DNA from: Meyerozyma guilliermondii
Lineage: Eukaryota
Direction: 5' to 3'
Assembly (NCBI GenBank): GCA_051546255.1
Contig: CP128815.1
Span: 310,001-374,000 of the forward strand
Length of the DNA stretch: 64,000 bases
The position numbers and the translations under genes were made by a program. Positions 10,848 to 23,079 of this stretch are shown one piece after another (within the stretch, counting starts at the first letter, position 1; each line of letters starts with the position of its first letter). The notes below the pieces were generated by a model, which had not been told where the DNA came from, ran no database searches, and was given only the letters and a program-made list of their open reading frames with translations.

Positions 10848-12083
10848 ATGTTCAAATTATTCCACAGAAAAACATATTCCAGGACAAGGCTTCGTGCCCT
10901 ATGGAATGAGTGGAGATACAAACACAATACCTCTCAAAACTCGACCAGGAGTGTTGTGCAATTGCAAGCTGGGGAAGACATTATCTCAAATGCAAAACTT
11001 CAATCTGTACCACCTTCGAGGACAGGACCAGACAGCACAACTAGCTCAAACCATACTTCAACGCCTGTTGCTTCACCATTAGCAAAGGCTTTCAATTTTG
11101 ATACGTCTACGGAAGCCTTTTCCTCGATAACTGACGAGCACAAGAGCAATAGTGAGGACTCTCGATCACTGAAATGGAGAGTAAGAACTCACACATACAC
11201 AGCATGGATTCGCCAGTGGAAGACTTTCACGAGACGTGCATCACAGACAAAAAAGTCGGCTCGGTTTGAAAGAATGAAGAGCCGATACAGAAAATTGTTC
11301 ACTTATAAACTGGCTGCAAATTGCGAACCAACTTCTCAGTTGCCGGTGATGGCTACGGAACCATTGCATGTACCAGCAAAAAACGGCACTAGTCCTTTCG
11401 ATGTGGCCCTACCTCCAATTTTTACCAGCTCTGTCTCTTCCGTTTCAAGTGACAACGTTCCAAAAGAAGTTCAAGGTGCTTACGAAGTGAGTGACAACTG
11501 GGTAAGCAATATTGTCTTTGGAGGTGAAGAAGAGGAAGCCAAGGCTGAAGAGCATGTTAGCACAGATTTTGCGAATGGGTATCTTGCCGACCCGTCTTGG
11601 TTTCTTCCCAAACCTGATACATTAGCGACAATTCTGGGAGAAAGCGCCAAGTTCGCATGCTTTTGTGAGATACCCTCACGGACTCAATCGGTTGCATCAG
11701 CTTCAAACCCATATCTGAGCAAGAACCTTGACGACACACCACCGGCTTTAGTGGGACAACATTTGAAAAATCCTTCACAGCCCTCAGCATCGGCGGGAAG
11801 TTCAATCTTGCAAGATATCACCTCAGCAGAAACCATACGGGAACCTCCTATAACTCAATGTTCCATGAGAATGAAGAGAAAGGAGCTTGTTGTACAATAC
11901 GCTAGTCAAACTTCATTAATTTCGCCAACTCTGACTTCGAACAGAGCAACAAAATCTGAGGTTAAATCATCGCAGAACTCTGGGTCCAAACGCAAATATC
12001 TCAAGAGAGCACCGACCCGGATTGCAAGTTGGTTTTCGTCAGTGCACCAGAAGACAACATTGAAGCCGTCCTCGAAGCATTGA
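10848..12083 (+). CDS. Hypothetical Ser/Thr-rich orphan protein
   Basis: 411 aa ORF filling the SKI8-NUP82 gap; no family recognised; basic/aromatic patches and low complexity. Confidence 0.6.
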   Translation: MFKLFHRKTYSRTRLRALWNEWRYKHNTSQNSTRSVVQLQAGEDIISNAKLQSVPPSRTGPDSTTSSNHTSTPVASPLAKAFNFDTSTEAFSSITDEHKSNSEDSRSLKWRVRTHTYTAWIRQWKTFTRRASQTKKSARFERMKSRYRKLFTYKLAANCEPTSQLPVMATEPLHVPAKNGTSPFDVALPPIFTSSVSSVSSDNVPKEVQGAYEVSDNWVSNIVFGGEEEEAKAEEHVSTDFANGYLADPSWFLPKPDTLATILGESAKFACFCEIPSRTQSVASASNPYLSKNLDDTPPALVGQHLKNPSQPSASAGSSILQDITSAETIREPPITQCSMRMKRKELVVQYASQTSLISPTLTSNRATKSEVKSSQNSGSKRKYLKRAPTRIASWFSSVHQKTTLKPSSKH

Positions 12084-12365
12084 GTGGACTTGGAGCCATT
12101 TCAGCTTGTGACTGATGGTATAACAGATGGGGGAGTTGCTTTAAAATAGGTATAAATGAGTTCATAGTTAATAATCATGATAAAACTTGTTCACGAGTAG
12201 TCAGTCTCAAAAGTAGAAAATCATTCTCTACTCATAAATACGAGGCTATTCGATTCAATGGTGTTCCTAATTCTTCCTATTATCGTATACCTTTCTTCGC
12301 TCGTCCCTGCAGACAGCGTTATGTAAATCAAAATTCATGCGACAAGCTGAGTAGAAGGCACAACA

Positions 12366-14804
12366 ATGCTGGCACGGCTTGTAGATGATCTAATTAAAAA
12401 TCCCATCTTCAGACAAGGCTTCAGGCCTGAGCTTACATCCGGTAAAAACAGTGTCAACTTGAAGTTTCTGAAAGTTGTTTGCAGAAACGATACTGAGGTT
12501 TTCTCTGCTGACGGTAGTCAAATTCGCTGCAGTTATATCCAAGAAAGTGGTTCGTACAGCATATTGGACAACCCTTATAGCGACTCGGATGTCAGCCATT
12601 TGTCTTTGAGCAGTCTGGGAAAGTTTTTGGCTTCTTTGAGTGGGAATGGGAACAACGTGATTACTGTTTTCGCCCTTCCTGATTTTTTATCACCCCAAAA
12701 TGGCAGAGTAAAAGTGAAGCCACTTAAACTTGAACCTTTACCAGCAGGAATCAATAAGATGGTTTGGCACACAGCCATGGCACAAGATGCTGGCTTGGTG
12801 GTGTTGACCAACGAGTCTAAGATTTATCTTTATGACTTACTAAAGCCTACGTCCAAACCTCAACTCGCAGTGGATTTGACTAAAAGTCCTAGCTTCTCGG
12901 CTGAAACCGCATCTTCATTATCCTTTGGATCAGAAGCGTCACTTTCTGGTGCCTTAACCTTATACATCACCACGAACAGTGGAAAAATATTCGCTCTATA
13001 CCCTTTCATCAACAGCTTGGCAAACATTGCAACTACACAATCCAGCGTCAAAATCGTGATGAATGATACTAAAGATATACTACAGAAAGTTGAGAAGGAC
13101 TTGAGTACGATGAATATCAACGAAGCAGTTAATAAGCGCCCATTATGGCACTCTATCTTTGGCCAATACACTTTCTATTCTTCTTTGTGGGCTCAAATTG
13201 CAGATGGAAACCCTCTCAAGATAGAGAAGCGTCGTAAAAGTGATTTGAGATTGGAAGAGTTAGCGATCCTAGGAGTAAAACTTCCACATGATTTCAGCCC
13301 GGAGGTTCAGGGTCCATTATTTTCATCGCAAGGGCTGAACAACATCTCCGATATTGCACATCTCTCGAACAATGAGAACCTCTCATACCTAATGACTGCA
13401 ACTATTGAGAACAACAAAGTAAAGTTGGACCACTTTGTACAGTTTTTACCAATGATCATGAAGTTTGGTAACAGCGAACAAAGATTTCAGCTGCAACCAA
13501 AAAAGGACACAAATGCACCAAAGCCGACAACCAACAAATCCCGTGGTTACGCCAAACCAAAGCGAGGGTTTGGATTTGTTGATCTTGACGATGCTCCTTC
13601 GTCTCAACCTGAGCCAAGCGACGCCGAAATCACCAGGAACAATTTTGACTTGGAACAAACTTATTGGTCTAAAAATTTCGTCAATATCACCAGAGTTGGC
13701 AGCAGAACTATCCTGGAGCCTGCAATAGGTGCATCATTAACCACTTACAATTCTGGCCAGTGCTACATCTTGAGGCTCCCTCGCAAACTATTAATAAGTA
13801 CCAACACCGAATGGCCCGATTTCATTTCAAGAAAGATCGAGCTCGATGGCAAGCCTCTGCCTATTCCAAGCGACAACTTAACAGAAATTTCGTCTCGTGA
13901 GGATATAATCTCCTGCTCATATGTCAATGATAAAATAGACTCAAACTGGGGAGCAGTTGTTTCACTTTCCAAATCTTCTTCTGAAAATTTGAAAGTTGTT
14001 GGAATCGAAAAACAATCAATGGTACTGAGAGAAAGCACACCAATGAATCAAGCGCCACAAGAGGAACCAAAGCGGTCGGTAAGCTATAAATTACCGATTT
14101 TACAACAGGAGCCTTTCTCGCAGTTAGAATCTGAGATTCAGGTTCTCAAGTCGCACATAGCCAACATCTCAGGGCTTAGTGTGCCCAAAAATGTGCTTAA
14201 GAATGCGGACGGAAGTACATTGAAGTCGCTCTCAGAAGCTTCCCTGAAAGTTATTGAGAAAACGATAAGAATTACTGCGCATGCCGTCAACTTGAAATTA
14301 AGGATAGAGACTGACATTGCAAATCTTAAAAACCAAATCAAACTTCTCACGGAGACAAAAGAACAGCAAGATGCGTTGAGCAAAGCTTTGGAAGCATCTT
14401 CGACCTTGGTCAAGCTTGAGGACCGACATGAGAGATTAACTGAAAGGATACAGGCATTGGAGAAGAAAATTGATGAAGCAATCAGACAATTATCCTACAA
14501 GGAATCGATGCCCTTGTCCAAGGAGGAAAAGCTGTGGATAAGAGAGGTAAACGGAATTAACGCACTTCTAAACAACGCAGGAGAAGATAGTCTTGCTCTG
14601 AAAATTGAGGATCTCAAGGTTCAGGTTACTGCACTTTCTCAAAATGAACACAGTGCAAATGAGCATCTTACAGATGCTGAAATTCAAAAAAGGCAAAATA
14701 GCATTATCTTGGCCAAATTGAGTTTGTGGCTACAAAACGATCTGGAGAAACTTGATGAAGTAAAGCAAAGCGTTACCGATTGCATTCGACGTTTACGTAT
14801 CTAG
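12366..14804 (+). CDS. NUP82: Nucleoporin Nup82/Nup88 family
   Basis: N-terminal beta-propeller-like region (VWH...LVVLTNES.IYLYDL, SLSFG...LTLYITTNSGKIFALYPF) and C-terminal coiled coil with PLSKEEKLWIREV. Confidence 0.75.
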   Translation: MLARLVDDLIKNPIFRQGFRPELTSGKNSVNLKFLKVVCRNDTEVFSADGSQIRCSYIQESGSYSILDNPYSDSDVSHLSLSSLGKFLASLSGNGNNVITVFALPDFLSPQNGRVKVKPLKLEPLPAGINKMVWHTAMAQDAGLVVLTNESKIYLYDLLKPTSKPQLAVDLTKSPSFSAETASSLSFGSEASLSGALTLYITTNSGKIFALYPFINSLANIATTQSSVKIVMNDTKDILQKVEKDLSTMNINEAVNKRPLWHSIFGQYTFYSSLWAQIADGNPLKIEKRRKSDLRLEELAILGVKLPHDFSPEVQGPLFSSQGLNNISDIAHLSNNENLSYLMTATIENNKVKLDHFVQFLPMIMKFGNSEQRFQLQPKKDTNAPKPTTNKSRGYAKPKRGFGFVDLDDAPSSQPEPSDAEITRNNFDLEQTYWSKNFVNITRVGSRTILEPAIGASLTTYNSGQCYILRLPRKLLISTNTEWPDFISRKIELDGKPLPIPSDNLTEISSREDIISCSYVNDKIDSNWGAVVSLSKSSSENLKVVGIEKQSMVLRESTPMNQAPQEEPKRSVSYKLPILQQEPFSQLESEIQVLKSHIANISGLSVPKNVLKNADGSTLKSLSEASLKVIEKTIRITAHAVNLKLRIETDIANLKNQIKLLTETKEQQDALSKALEASSTLVKLEDRHERLTERIQALEKKIDEAIRQLSYKESMPLSKEEKLWIREVNGINALLNNAGEDSLALKIEDLKVQVTALSQNEHSANEHLTDAEIQKRQNSIILAKLSLWLQNDLEKLDEVKQSVTDCIRRLRI

Positions 14805-14885
14805 TACATACGGTCATCCTTAATAGAGCATTTGGCATTAAACTCGTTACTCATTCATTCTATTATAACTTTTGAGGTGTGAGTC

Positions 14886-15965
14886 TTAGGGCTCATTTCT
14901 CCCGATTATTTTATGATTAGACGAAAACTTCTCCCCAGCGTACTCACGAGCATGTATCTTTAGCCCATCATAGTACCGTCCGTCAAAGGCCGATCTACAT
15001 TGACTTGCTGCCTCTATCAGATCAAATCGAACCACTACCACTCTTTCGACGTCAAAAAACGACACTTTTGTCACAGAAGACCCAATGCCGTATTTATCAC
15101 ACTCGCTCTTGATATCCTCTATAATATCAGACTCCAAGTATTTATCATTTTTGAGTTCTTCCACTCGAAACATGTTCTCTATTACCAAAGATTTTTTCCA
15201 TATCCGTTGGCGGATCTGCTCTGCTCTTCCCGCAACCGCAGAAGGATCCTCGTCGTCCCAACTAGAGACCTTTTGCTTTAACATTTCTTTCTTCTTGTGC
15301 AATAATTGCTTTTCTTCAGCTGTAAGTACTCTGCTAGGAGCCTTCTCCAGATCTCTTTCCTCACTAAATGCAGCAGGCTCTACCTTGATAGGTTCCAGTT
15401 CCTTCGAGGACCTGATTTTCGAGTTATCTAACATGTCTATAGCGAGGTAGACACTTTCTTTGTTGTGATATATCACCAATGCTTCATTCTTAAACTGACC
15501 TTGATCATAATAGAGCTTTATTCGCGGACGATTTGTCTTGAAGTCTTCCGCTATAACACCGTACTTGCTGAAGATCTCAAAGAGCTCGTCCGACGTAACA
15601 TCAGATGGAAGCTTGCTAACAAAGACACCTGACGTTGAGGGTGCACTTGATTTTTCAGCATTTCGGAGCCGTTGTATTTCGTCCTTCATTGCTTGTATTT
15701 TCTCCTTTTTCACCTTTTTAATCTCCTGCTTATTAACAGACTCATCATTCTCCTTCTGCGATTGCAAATCCGGTCGTGGAACCCATTGCTGTACTATAAA
15801 GTTGTAAACATATTCCACGGTATGTTCTTCTTCCTTCCGTTCAAAAACCCATTGCTGACTTTCCTTTTCATATAATACACGTTCATCCACATTTTTGATT
15901 ACAGCTGGATCCTTTTCAACGAGTGACGGATGAGGTGGTGCTCCCGGAAATTCGCCGTCCTTCAT
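14886..15965 (-). CDS. CUS2: U2 snRNP-associated factor Cus2/Tat-SF1 (RRM + UHM)
   Basis: GVFVSKLPSDVT...FSKYGVIAED...PRIKLY...ESVYLAI; second domain LVIENMF...EDIKSECDKYG...FDGRYYDG. The ORF-track start is TTG; first ATG is at 15965. Confidence 0.9.
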   Translation of the reverse strand: MKDGEFPGAPPHPSLVEKDPAVIKNVDERVLYEKESQQWVFERKEEEHTVEYVYNFIVQQWVPRPDLQSQKENDESVNKQEIKKVKKEKIQAMKDEIQRLRNAEKSSAPSTSGVFVSKLPSDVTSDELFEIFSKYGVIAEDFKTNRPRIKLYYDQGQFKNEALVIYHNKESVYLAIDMLDNSKIRSSKELEPIKVEPAAFSEERDLEKAPSRVLTAEEKQLLHKKKEMLKQKVSSWDDEDPSAVAGRAEQIRQRIWKKSLVIENMFRVEELKNDKYLESDIIEDIKSECDKYGIGSSVTKVSFFDVERVVVVRFDLIEAASQCRSAFDGRYYDGLKIHAREYAGEKFSSNHKIIGRNEP

Positions 15966-16107
15966 TGACAATAATAGCTGTCTCTTACCTCTCGATGATC
16001 ATCGCACCTCGCAAGACTTGTAATGCCTGCATACATCCTATCAAGCACACACCCAGACACCAGGACCGATAGTCGGGAAGTGTGAGCAATCCGAATCGGT
16101 AGTAATT

Positions 16108-16485
16108 ATGCTTTCCAGACGGTTAATATCAACTCGGAGTATACGGCTCTACAGTGCCAAATTTGGTACTCAAATGAACCCTGCTCCTCCTCGGCTTCCA
16201 AAGGAACAACAAGAGGAATTTGAAGCCTTGCAAAAAATAGCAAACTCACAAGCTGCCATTGATGAATATAATCAGCTGATCCAGAACACAGATGAGAGTC
16301 TGACGGTGTCTACGACACCCAACTTGAAGACTGACGTTGGCGGATTTCACCCTCAATATTTCAAGACGATTCCCGAGTTTGAAGGAGACGTAAATCCGAA
16401 GACCGGAGAGCGTGGAGGTCCCAAGCAGGACCCATTGAGACATGGAACTGATTGGTCTTTTAATGGACGTGTTACGGACTTTTAA
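16108..16485 (+). CDS. SDH8: Succinate dehydrogenase assembly factor 4 (DUF1674)
   Basis: PPRLPKEQQEEFE and C-terminal EFEGDVNPKTGERGGPKQDPLRHG.DWSFNGRVTDF; mitochondrial presequence. Confidence 0.92.
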   Translation: MLSRRLISTRSIRLYSAKFGTQMNPAPPRLPKEQQEEFEALQKIANSQAAIDEYNQLIQNTDESLTVSTTPNLKTDVGGFHPQYFKTIPEFEGDVNPKTGERGGPKQDPLRHGTDWSFNGRVTDF

Positions 16486-16773
16486 ACATTGTATGTAGTT
16501 GCATGAATGAGCATGGTATGAAGGTACGAGGGTAGCATTGGAAGCATGAAAGAGGTGTGTCATCTCTTGATGAGTATGGTTTTGCAGTCATACCTCGACT
16601 GTGAATTTTCTCTTCCTTTAACTTCTTTTCAATAAGTAAGGATGTCTACTCGTGTTTAGCTGGCGATTACACTTCTCTGTACCCAACTTTCAGAATTGTA
16701 ATGGATGCCATTCGGCACCAAAACTGTATTTCGCGATGCTCATCGCTCGCTCTTCGTCCTCAACTCGGTTGAC

Positions 16774-17982
16774 ATGGATTTCGATCCACTCTCGTTATAC
16801 ACGGCTCAAACTCCCGGGGAAGAGGAATTCGATCAAGAACAATACACCGAGCAATCACCAAAGGACATACCGCAGGAGACCTTAAATAGTGATGTTAACC
16901 TAGCAGATTATGAAGAAGACGACGATCCAATGCACCCCGTTCACCCTCTAGATCTTCCCGCTATACGACTTCAGCCACCCAGAGCGGTCCTACACACTTT
17001 ATTGAGACTCTTAGCTCTAGAAGAGATATACAATTTCTCCAATAGCTCGAATACAGACCAAAAATATACCAGTGTTCAGGAAACCTTTCAACTGAAGAAT
17101 ATCAAATTGATCGATGCAGAAAGAGCTTTACCTTGGTTCAGCCAACATTGCCCAAGATTCAACACGCTAGAAAAACTTCTGTATCTACCATACCTCGCAG
17201 GACCATTGAAAGCTACCGGTCAATATAATGCATGGCTAAGTAAAATCATTTCCAGCGGTCTTTCTTGGATTCCAAATTCTGACGACATTATGAAAGAGGC
17301 GACCCTTCGACTATCCGAGAACTGTGGACGAACAGCTCAGCCGGAGATTGTTCGCAAAATAGGTATTCCGAACCTCGATAAGATTTACAAAAATGGAGCA
17401 TATTTGCAGCTTCGTGAGCCTTCTTTGACTGGCGATAATTTGGGCCTTAAAACATGGGGTCTGTCACTAGTTCTTTCCAATAGACTAGTTAACAATCCTA
17501 GGGAAAAGTATCTAAGGGAGCCAGTTTTGGAATTGGGTTCTGGTACCGGGCTAGTAGGAATGGCCAGTGCAATCTTGGGCTGCGAAACGTTTCTAACCGA
17601 TCTTGCTGAAATTGTACCTAATCTTGTGAGCAACATAGAACTCAATCAGGTTGAGTGTACTGTCCATGAATTAGACTGGAGAGATCCAAGTTCATTCAAA
17701 AGAACCTTCCCCAATCAGAAATTCAAAACAATTATTCTAAGTGATCCTATCTATTCCTCGTTACACCCTCAATGGGTGTTCAATATGGTCAATGAGTTTT
17801 TGAAAGATGACGAAGATTCTCGAGTTCTCTTACAGATTCCACTTCGACCAAAATATGAAGAAGAACGAGAGAGGTTATGGTCTTTGATGAGCGACTTTGT
17901 TGAAAAGGAAAGCTGCATCGAAGAAGGTTTTGATGATTTCGGAGCTATGAGGTACAGCTTCAAGTTATACACAAAGATATGA
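16774..17982 (+). CDS. EFM2: Protein-lysine methyltransferase, Efm2/Rrg1 (METTL21 family); likely start MDFDPL
   Basis: RLSENCGRTA, LREPSLTGDNLGLKTWG(S)S, VLELGSGTGLVG, LTDL, LDW, SDPIY motifs. Confidence 0.85.
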   Translation: MDFDPLSLYTAQTPGEEEFDQEQYTEQSPKDIPQETLNSDVNLADYEEDDDPMHPVHPLDLPAIRLQPPRAVLHTLLRLLALEEIYNFSNSSNTDQKYTSVQETFQLKNIKLIDAERALPWFSQHCPRFNTLEKLLYLPYLAGPLKATGQYNAWLSKIISSGLSWIPNSDDIMKEATLRLSENCGRTAQPEIVRKIGIPNLDKIYKNGAYLQLREPSLTGDNLGLKTWGLSLVLSNRLVNNPREKYLREPVLELGSGTGLVGMASAILGCETFLTDLAEIVPNLVSNIELNQVECTVHELDWRDPSSFKRTFPNQKFKTIILSDPIYSSLHPQWVFNMVNEFLKDDEDSRVLLQIPLRPKYEEERERLWSLMSDFVEKESCIEEGFDDFGAMRYSFKLYTKI

Positions 17983-18003
17983 GGTATAATTTTAGTCTAT
18001 AAT

Positions 18004-19377
18004 CTACTCTGATATGTATGGCTTGAGTTTACGGAGCCTCTCTACTGCATCGTCCAACATGGAGTCATCCTTGCACACAGCAAATCTAATGCACTTATCG
18101 AGTCCACTACCTTTCCTTGTATGTGGCTGCAAAAATTCTGTTGGAGGGATTCCAACAACACCGAATTCCTTGATGAGCCAGTAAGCCAATTTGAAGTCGT
18201 CTGTACCTCTTGCCAAGATATCTTCTGGATACTCGTAGTCTGCAGGCACATTGACCTTCAGCAAATTAACAAGAAGGAAGTAGCCGCCCTGGGCAATACT
18301 GTAAGGCAATCCTAATTCATCAAATACTGCAGTGAATATCTTGTACTTTTTGATGTACGCATCTCTAGTCTTCGAGAAGTAGTCTACCTCGTGAGCCTTC
18401 TTGAAGGCCTGAGAAACTGCTTGCTGCAAGGGAGCTGGAGTCGAGAAACATATTCTGGTATGGGCCGCCATTACATACTTGATGAGCGAGGCAGGTCCTT
18501 GCACCCAACCAACTCTCCATCCAGTGGCTGCAAAGGATTTACCAGCTGACCCGACGGTTAAAGTTCGAGAGGCTAATTCAGGAAGGGACTTCAAGGTTGC
18601 AGGGCGCACAAATTCGGGTGTGAAGTATAAGTTTTCGTAAACTTCATCACTCACGAGAATCAAGTTATGTTTAATTGCCAATTCGCCAATTCTCTTTAAT
18701 TCGCTTTCATTGAAGTTTTTTCCAATGGGATTGTGAGGGGTATTGATCAAGATAAGCTTCGTCTTTTCATTGATCGATGCTTCCAACCCTTCCCAGTCAA
18801 TTAACCAATCATCGCCAGTGACCGTCTCAGTTGCGAATTTTGGTGGAACATTGATGTTGACATACTTCACGGTGGCACCACACATCTGTACGTTTGGAAT
18901 ATATTGGTCGAAAAACGGCTGAAAGACAATAACTTCGTCGCCAGGTGTCAAGAAACCAAAAAAGATGGAAAAAATACCTTCATTGGCACCCGTTGTAACA
19001 ACCAATTGGTCGGTTTCCACTGGTCTCCCAAATGCGGTAGTATAGGACTTCGCCAACTCAGAGAGTAAGTTTGGATTACCCTTAGCTGGAGCATATTGAT
19101 TGTATTGAGCAGAGTTGAGAGATTCCTCCACAGCGTCAATTGCAAACTCAGGAGGCTTGTATGAAAAAAAGCCTTGTCCCAAGTTCACAATTGGCTTGCC
19201 ACTTTCCGCTTGTGCAGCAGCGGCAGTTTCGTTGATCAAACTCCATATGTCCTTTTGACCGGGTTTCAAATTGAAGTACGGATTGTGCAAGGTTGCGGGA
19301 TCTATGGATTGCGACATTCTTGGTGAGTTTGAGCTTCTTAGGTATCGTTTAACAATGGGAAGAAAGCTCTTGTTCAT
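18004..19377 (-). CDS. BNA3: Kynurenine aminotransferase (class I PLP enzyme)
   Basis: NLGQGFF, TTGANEG, NTPHNPIGK, SDEVYE, GSAGKSFAATGWRVGW, IRFAVCK. In-frame ATGs at 19377 and 19317. Confidence 0.92.
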   Translation of the reverse strand: MNKSFLPIVKRYLRSSNSPRMSQSIDPATLHNPYFNLKPGQKDIWSLINETAAAAQAESGKPIVNLGQGFFSYKPPEFAIDAVEESLNSAQYNQYAPAKGNPNLLSELAKSYTTAFGRPVETDQLVVTTGANEGIFSIFFGFLTPGDEVIVFQPFFDQYIPNVQMCGATVKYVNINVPPKFATETVTGDDWLIDWEGLEASINEKTKLILINTPHNPIGKNFNESELKRIGELAIKHNLILVSDEVYENLYFTPEFVRPATLKSLPELASRTLTVGSAGKSFAATGWRVGWVQGPASLIKYVMAAHTRICFSTPAPLQQAVSQAFKKAHEVDYFSKTRDAYIKKYKIFTAVFDELGLPYSIAQGGYFLLVNLLKVNVPADYEYPEDILARGTDDFKLAYWLIKEFGVVGIPPTEFLQPHTRKGSGLDKCIRFAVCKDDSMLDDAVERLRKLKPYISE

Positions 19378-19481
19378 ATAGCTCACCAATAATTGTGTGG
19401 CTCTTATCGTCGAGGTGCATGGATTTATTGACTAATTTCACGCGATCGGTTTGTTCGATTGTGGTCAATGAGTAATCATGG

Positions 19482-20732
19482 TTATCCACTGCGGCACCAC
19501 TCCCTACCTCTTTCGACCTGTAAATCACACAACTTCAATTCCAAGCCCATATTAATGATTCCCGCAATGACAATGCCAAAGCTGTCACTGACTCCGACAC
19601 AGCCCATGCTAAATTCACGTCTTTGTATTGGAACCTGTTCGCTAACTGACATGAACGTGTTAACGTACAGGCAGCCACCTAGTAGACCCTCATAGAAAAT
19701 AAGAACTAGAAGTGGCCATATGCTTGTGAATGGAAGATCGTACAACGATTGCACCACCGTAAGTAGCAAGTTGGCAAACTGAAGAATCGAAAGTAAGTAA
19801 AGATGCTTGAAGCGGAAACCCCAAATTGTCGATGAGCGAGATATGAACACACCCAATTGATAAAGAAACCCGTAAACAACGTAGATGTCACGGTAGGAAG
19901 AAAAGAGCCATTTGGGCAAGTCTTCAATGGGGAACAAAAGTGTAGGTGACACACCTTGGTTAATGACGTACTCGGATATATAAACCGAACACAATGGGAT
20001 CATGAAAGGAATGACAAGAGGCTTGATATCATCGACTGTTTTCCAGATATGTGCAATAAAATTAGTTTCTCGTGGTTCGACCAAGAACGTAGATGGGATC
20101 ACATTTTCTTGCTGCGAATCATTTGGGGTAGTTTCGAGCCTCTCGTAGTCGACGACATCCTTCGCCATGATCAGACTGGGAAGAAGAACGAAGTACGCAA
20201 ACAAAAAACCGAGGGGCACCACCGCAAAGAGAATGAGCACTAAGCGGACAGAGATCAGCAAAGTGTTGGTCATTACCATGAACACAAAGCTTCCCAACAA
20301 GCCAGCTGCGCCGGTTCCAGTGGAAAAGCCACCAATTGAGTATTTCTCGTTATAGAAATGTGTCAACAGTAAAAACGTTATTTCTCCGAGACCAGCTGAT
20401 GCCAGCGCAAGACATATGCCAAACACAGTGAATCCCACAGATCCCGCATTGGCGCCCGAGCCAGTGCTCACAATAAGCATTCCAACCACAGATAGCGCCA
20501 CCAAGCACCATAATCGAGCCTTATATGCCACCAAATGGATAACAAATGGGGCCACCACCTTGATCAAAAACGCGGGGACAATGTCAGCCAAGAGCACCAC
20601 GGCTTTAGGAGTAGAGGAGCCAACTAGGTCTATGGCAGCAGAAAGAATCACCACATAGAGAATGTTGTTTATAAGTCCAAAAAGCAAGAACGAAAGAAAA
20701 ATTCGCCGCTCATCACTGATGATCACTTGCAT
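19482..20732 (-). CDS. YHC3: Battenin/CLN3 family vacuolar/Golgi membrane protein
   Basis: FGLINNILYVVILSAA, LLADIVP, GLGE, GTGAAG, EYVINQG, YQLGVFISRSS, YEGLLGG..YVNTF. Confidence 0.93.
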   Translation of the reverse strand: MQVIISDERRIFLSFLLFGLINNILYVVILSAAIDLVGSSTPKAVVLLADIVPAFLIKVVAPFVIHLVAYKARLWCLVALSVVGMLIVSTGSGANAGSVGFTVFGICLALASAGLGEITFLLLTHFYNEKYSIGGFSTGTGAAGLLGSFVFMVMTNTLLISVRLVLILFAVVPLGFLFAYFVLLPSLIMAKDVVDYERLETTPNDSQQENVIPSTFLVEPRETNFIAHIWKTVDDIKPLVIPFMIPLCSVYISEYVINQGVSPTLLFPIEDLPKWLFSSYRDIYVVYGFLYQLGVFISRSSTIWGFRFKHLYLLSILQFANLLLTVVQSLYDLPFTSIWPLLVLIFYEGLLGGCLYVNTFMSVSEQVPIQRREFSMGCVGVSDSFGIVIAGIINMGLELKLCDLQVERGREWCRSG

Positions 20733-20992
20733 TTACTCGTCCCAAAGTTACGCCGCGCACCGTTATCTCGAGGGCAGCCAAAACCGCAACCAGTGCCAAA
20801 AAAGCGAGCATTTCTCTGCAGGACTACTCCGAAGTCCATGATGGCATGAAGTGGGGCCAATTAGCAAAGAATCAGTATTGTGTTTCGAAGGACTCAAGAA
20901 ACTTGACATAGGTATATGGGGTCAATGAAATAGGTCGTTGTCGTAGATTTTCGGGCCTAGATTCGCTCAAAATTCACAACCACCTGACGTCC

Positions 20993-22179
<1,187 letters not shown>

Positions 22180-22226
22180 ATCTATTCTAAATATGTATAT
22201 AGGCTATCAGTAGCTTGTTTAATGTA

Positions 22227-23015
22227 TTATTCTGCCACTTTCCATGGAAATGTAACCTTATTTCTGATCTTTTCGCTGGACTCGTATGTCTTTCGCTCAT
22301 CACCTATAGCCTCAAGGAGAGGAGCAAGGCTCGGATTACTTTCGTGATACCCATGTCTACGGCCAAATGGGTTTCTTGAAACTCTCTTTTGCAATAGCGG
22401 ACTTTGCACCCCGTACCAGTCGTTTTCAAAGTGCTTCACTGCATGGTTGTACTCGGCTTGATGAAGGTCTTGAAAGTACTTGTCCTTATCTATAATGTCT
22501 CTCGGATCGGGATCGTTACCAATATACTCACAATTGACAAATTTCAATGCCTGTTTAAGGTGGAGGTCGAGAAACCGTTTGCGCTTAAACTCGAAACCCA
22601 CCACTCGAAGATGATCTGGATATGCTCCAAATAACTCATAGAACTTGCAAAGCAGAAACAAAACGTTTTCAAACGAATCTCGAGCATACTCTTCTAAATG
22701 AACCCTCTCTACAATATTCTTGTCATTGCACAATTGGGTTGCAAGACTGTAATACGATTGAGCTTCCGATATAGGTCCACACTCTTTCTTTGTCTGTCCA
22801 CCAGAGACAATGGCAATTGCTTGAGGATCATTCTTTAGTCTTTTCAATGCCTCAAGAATATGGTCTTTAAAGCAAAGATGATCATACCCTTCTATTTGAA
22901 ATGGAGCAAGAGCCCACTCGGCCCTACTATCTCCAGCATTGGGGTTGATACCGTCTCCACGATTCCCAAACCATACTCCATGGCAAGGGATCAAGATCAA
23001 CGTTTTTGGCGACAT
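22227..23015 (-). CDS. DUF218/YOR238W-like conserved protein (likely start MSPKTL at 23015)
   Basis: LILIPCHGVW, EWALAPFQ, SGGQTK...ISEAQSY, EEYARDSFENVLF, FKRKRFLDLH, RNPFGR. Confidence 0.8.
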   Translation of the reverse strand: MSPKTLILIPCHGVWFGNRGDGINPNAGDSRAEWALAPFQIEGYDHLCFKDHILEALKRLKNDPQAIAIVSGGQTKKECGPISEAQSYYSLATQLCNDKNIVERVHLEEYARDSFENVLFLLCKFYELFGAYPDHLRVVGFEFKRKRFLDLHLKQALKFVNCEYIGNDPDPRDIIDKDKYFQDLHQAEYNHAVKHFENDWYGVQSPLLQKRVSRNPFGRRHGYHESNPSLAPLLEAIGDERKTYESSEKIRNKVTFPWKVAE

Positions 23016-23079
23016 CTCAATTTCTTGAACCAAACCATAAAGTTTCAGAATATACAGGCATCGCATATTGTACATTAAA

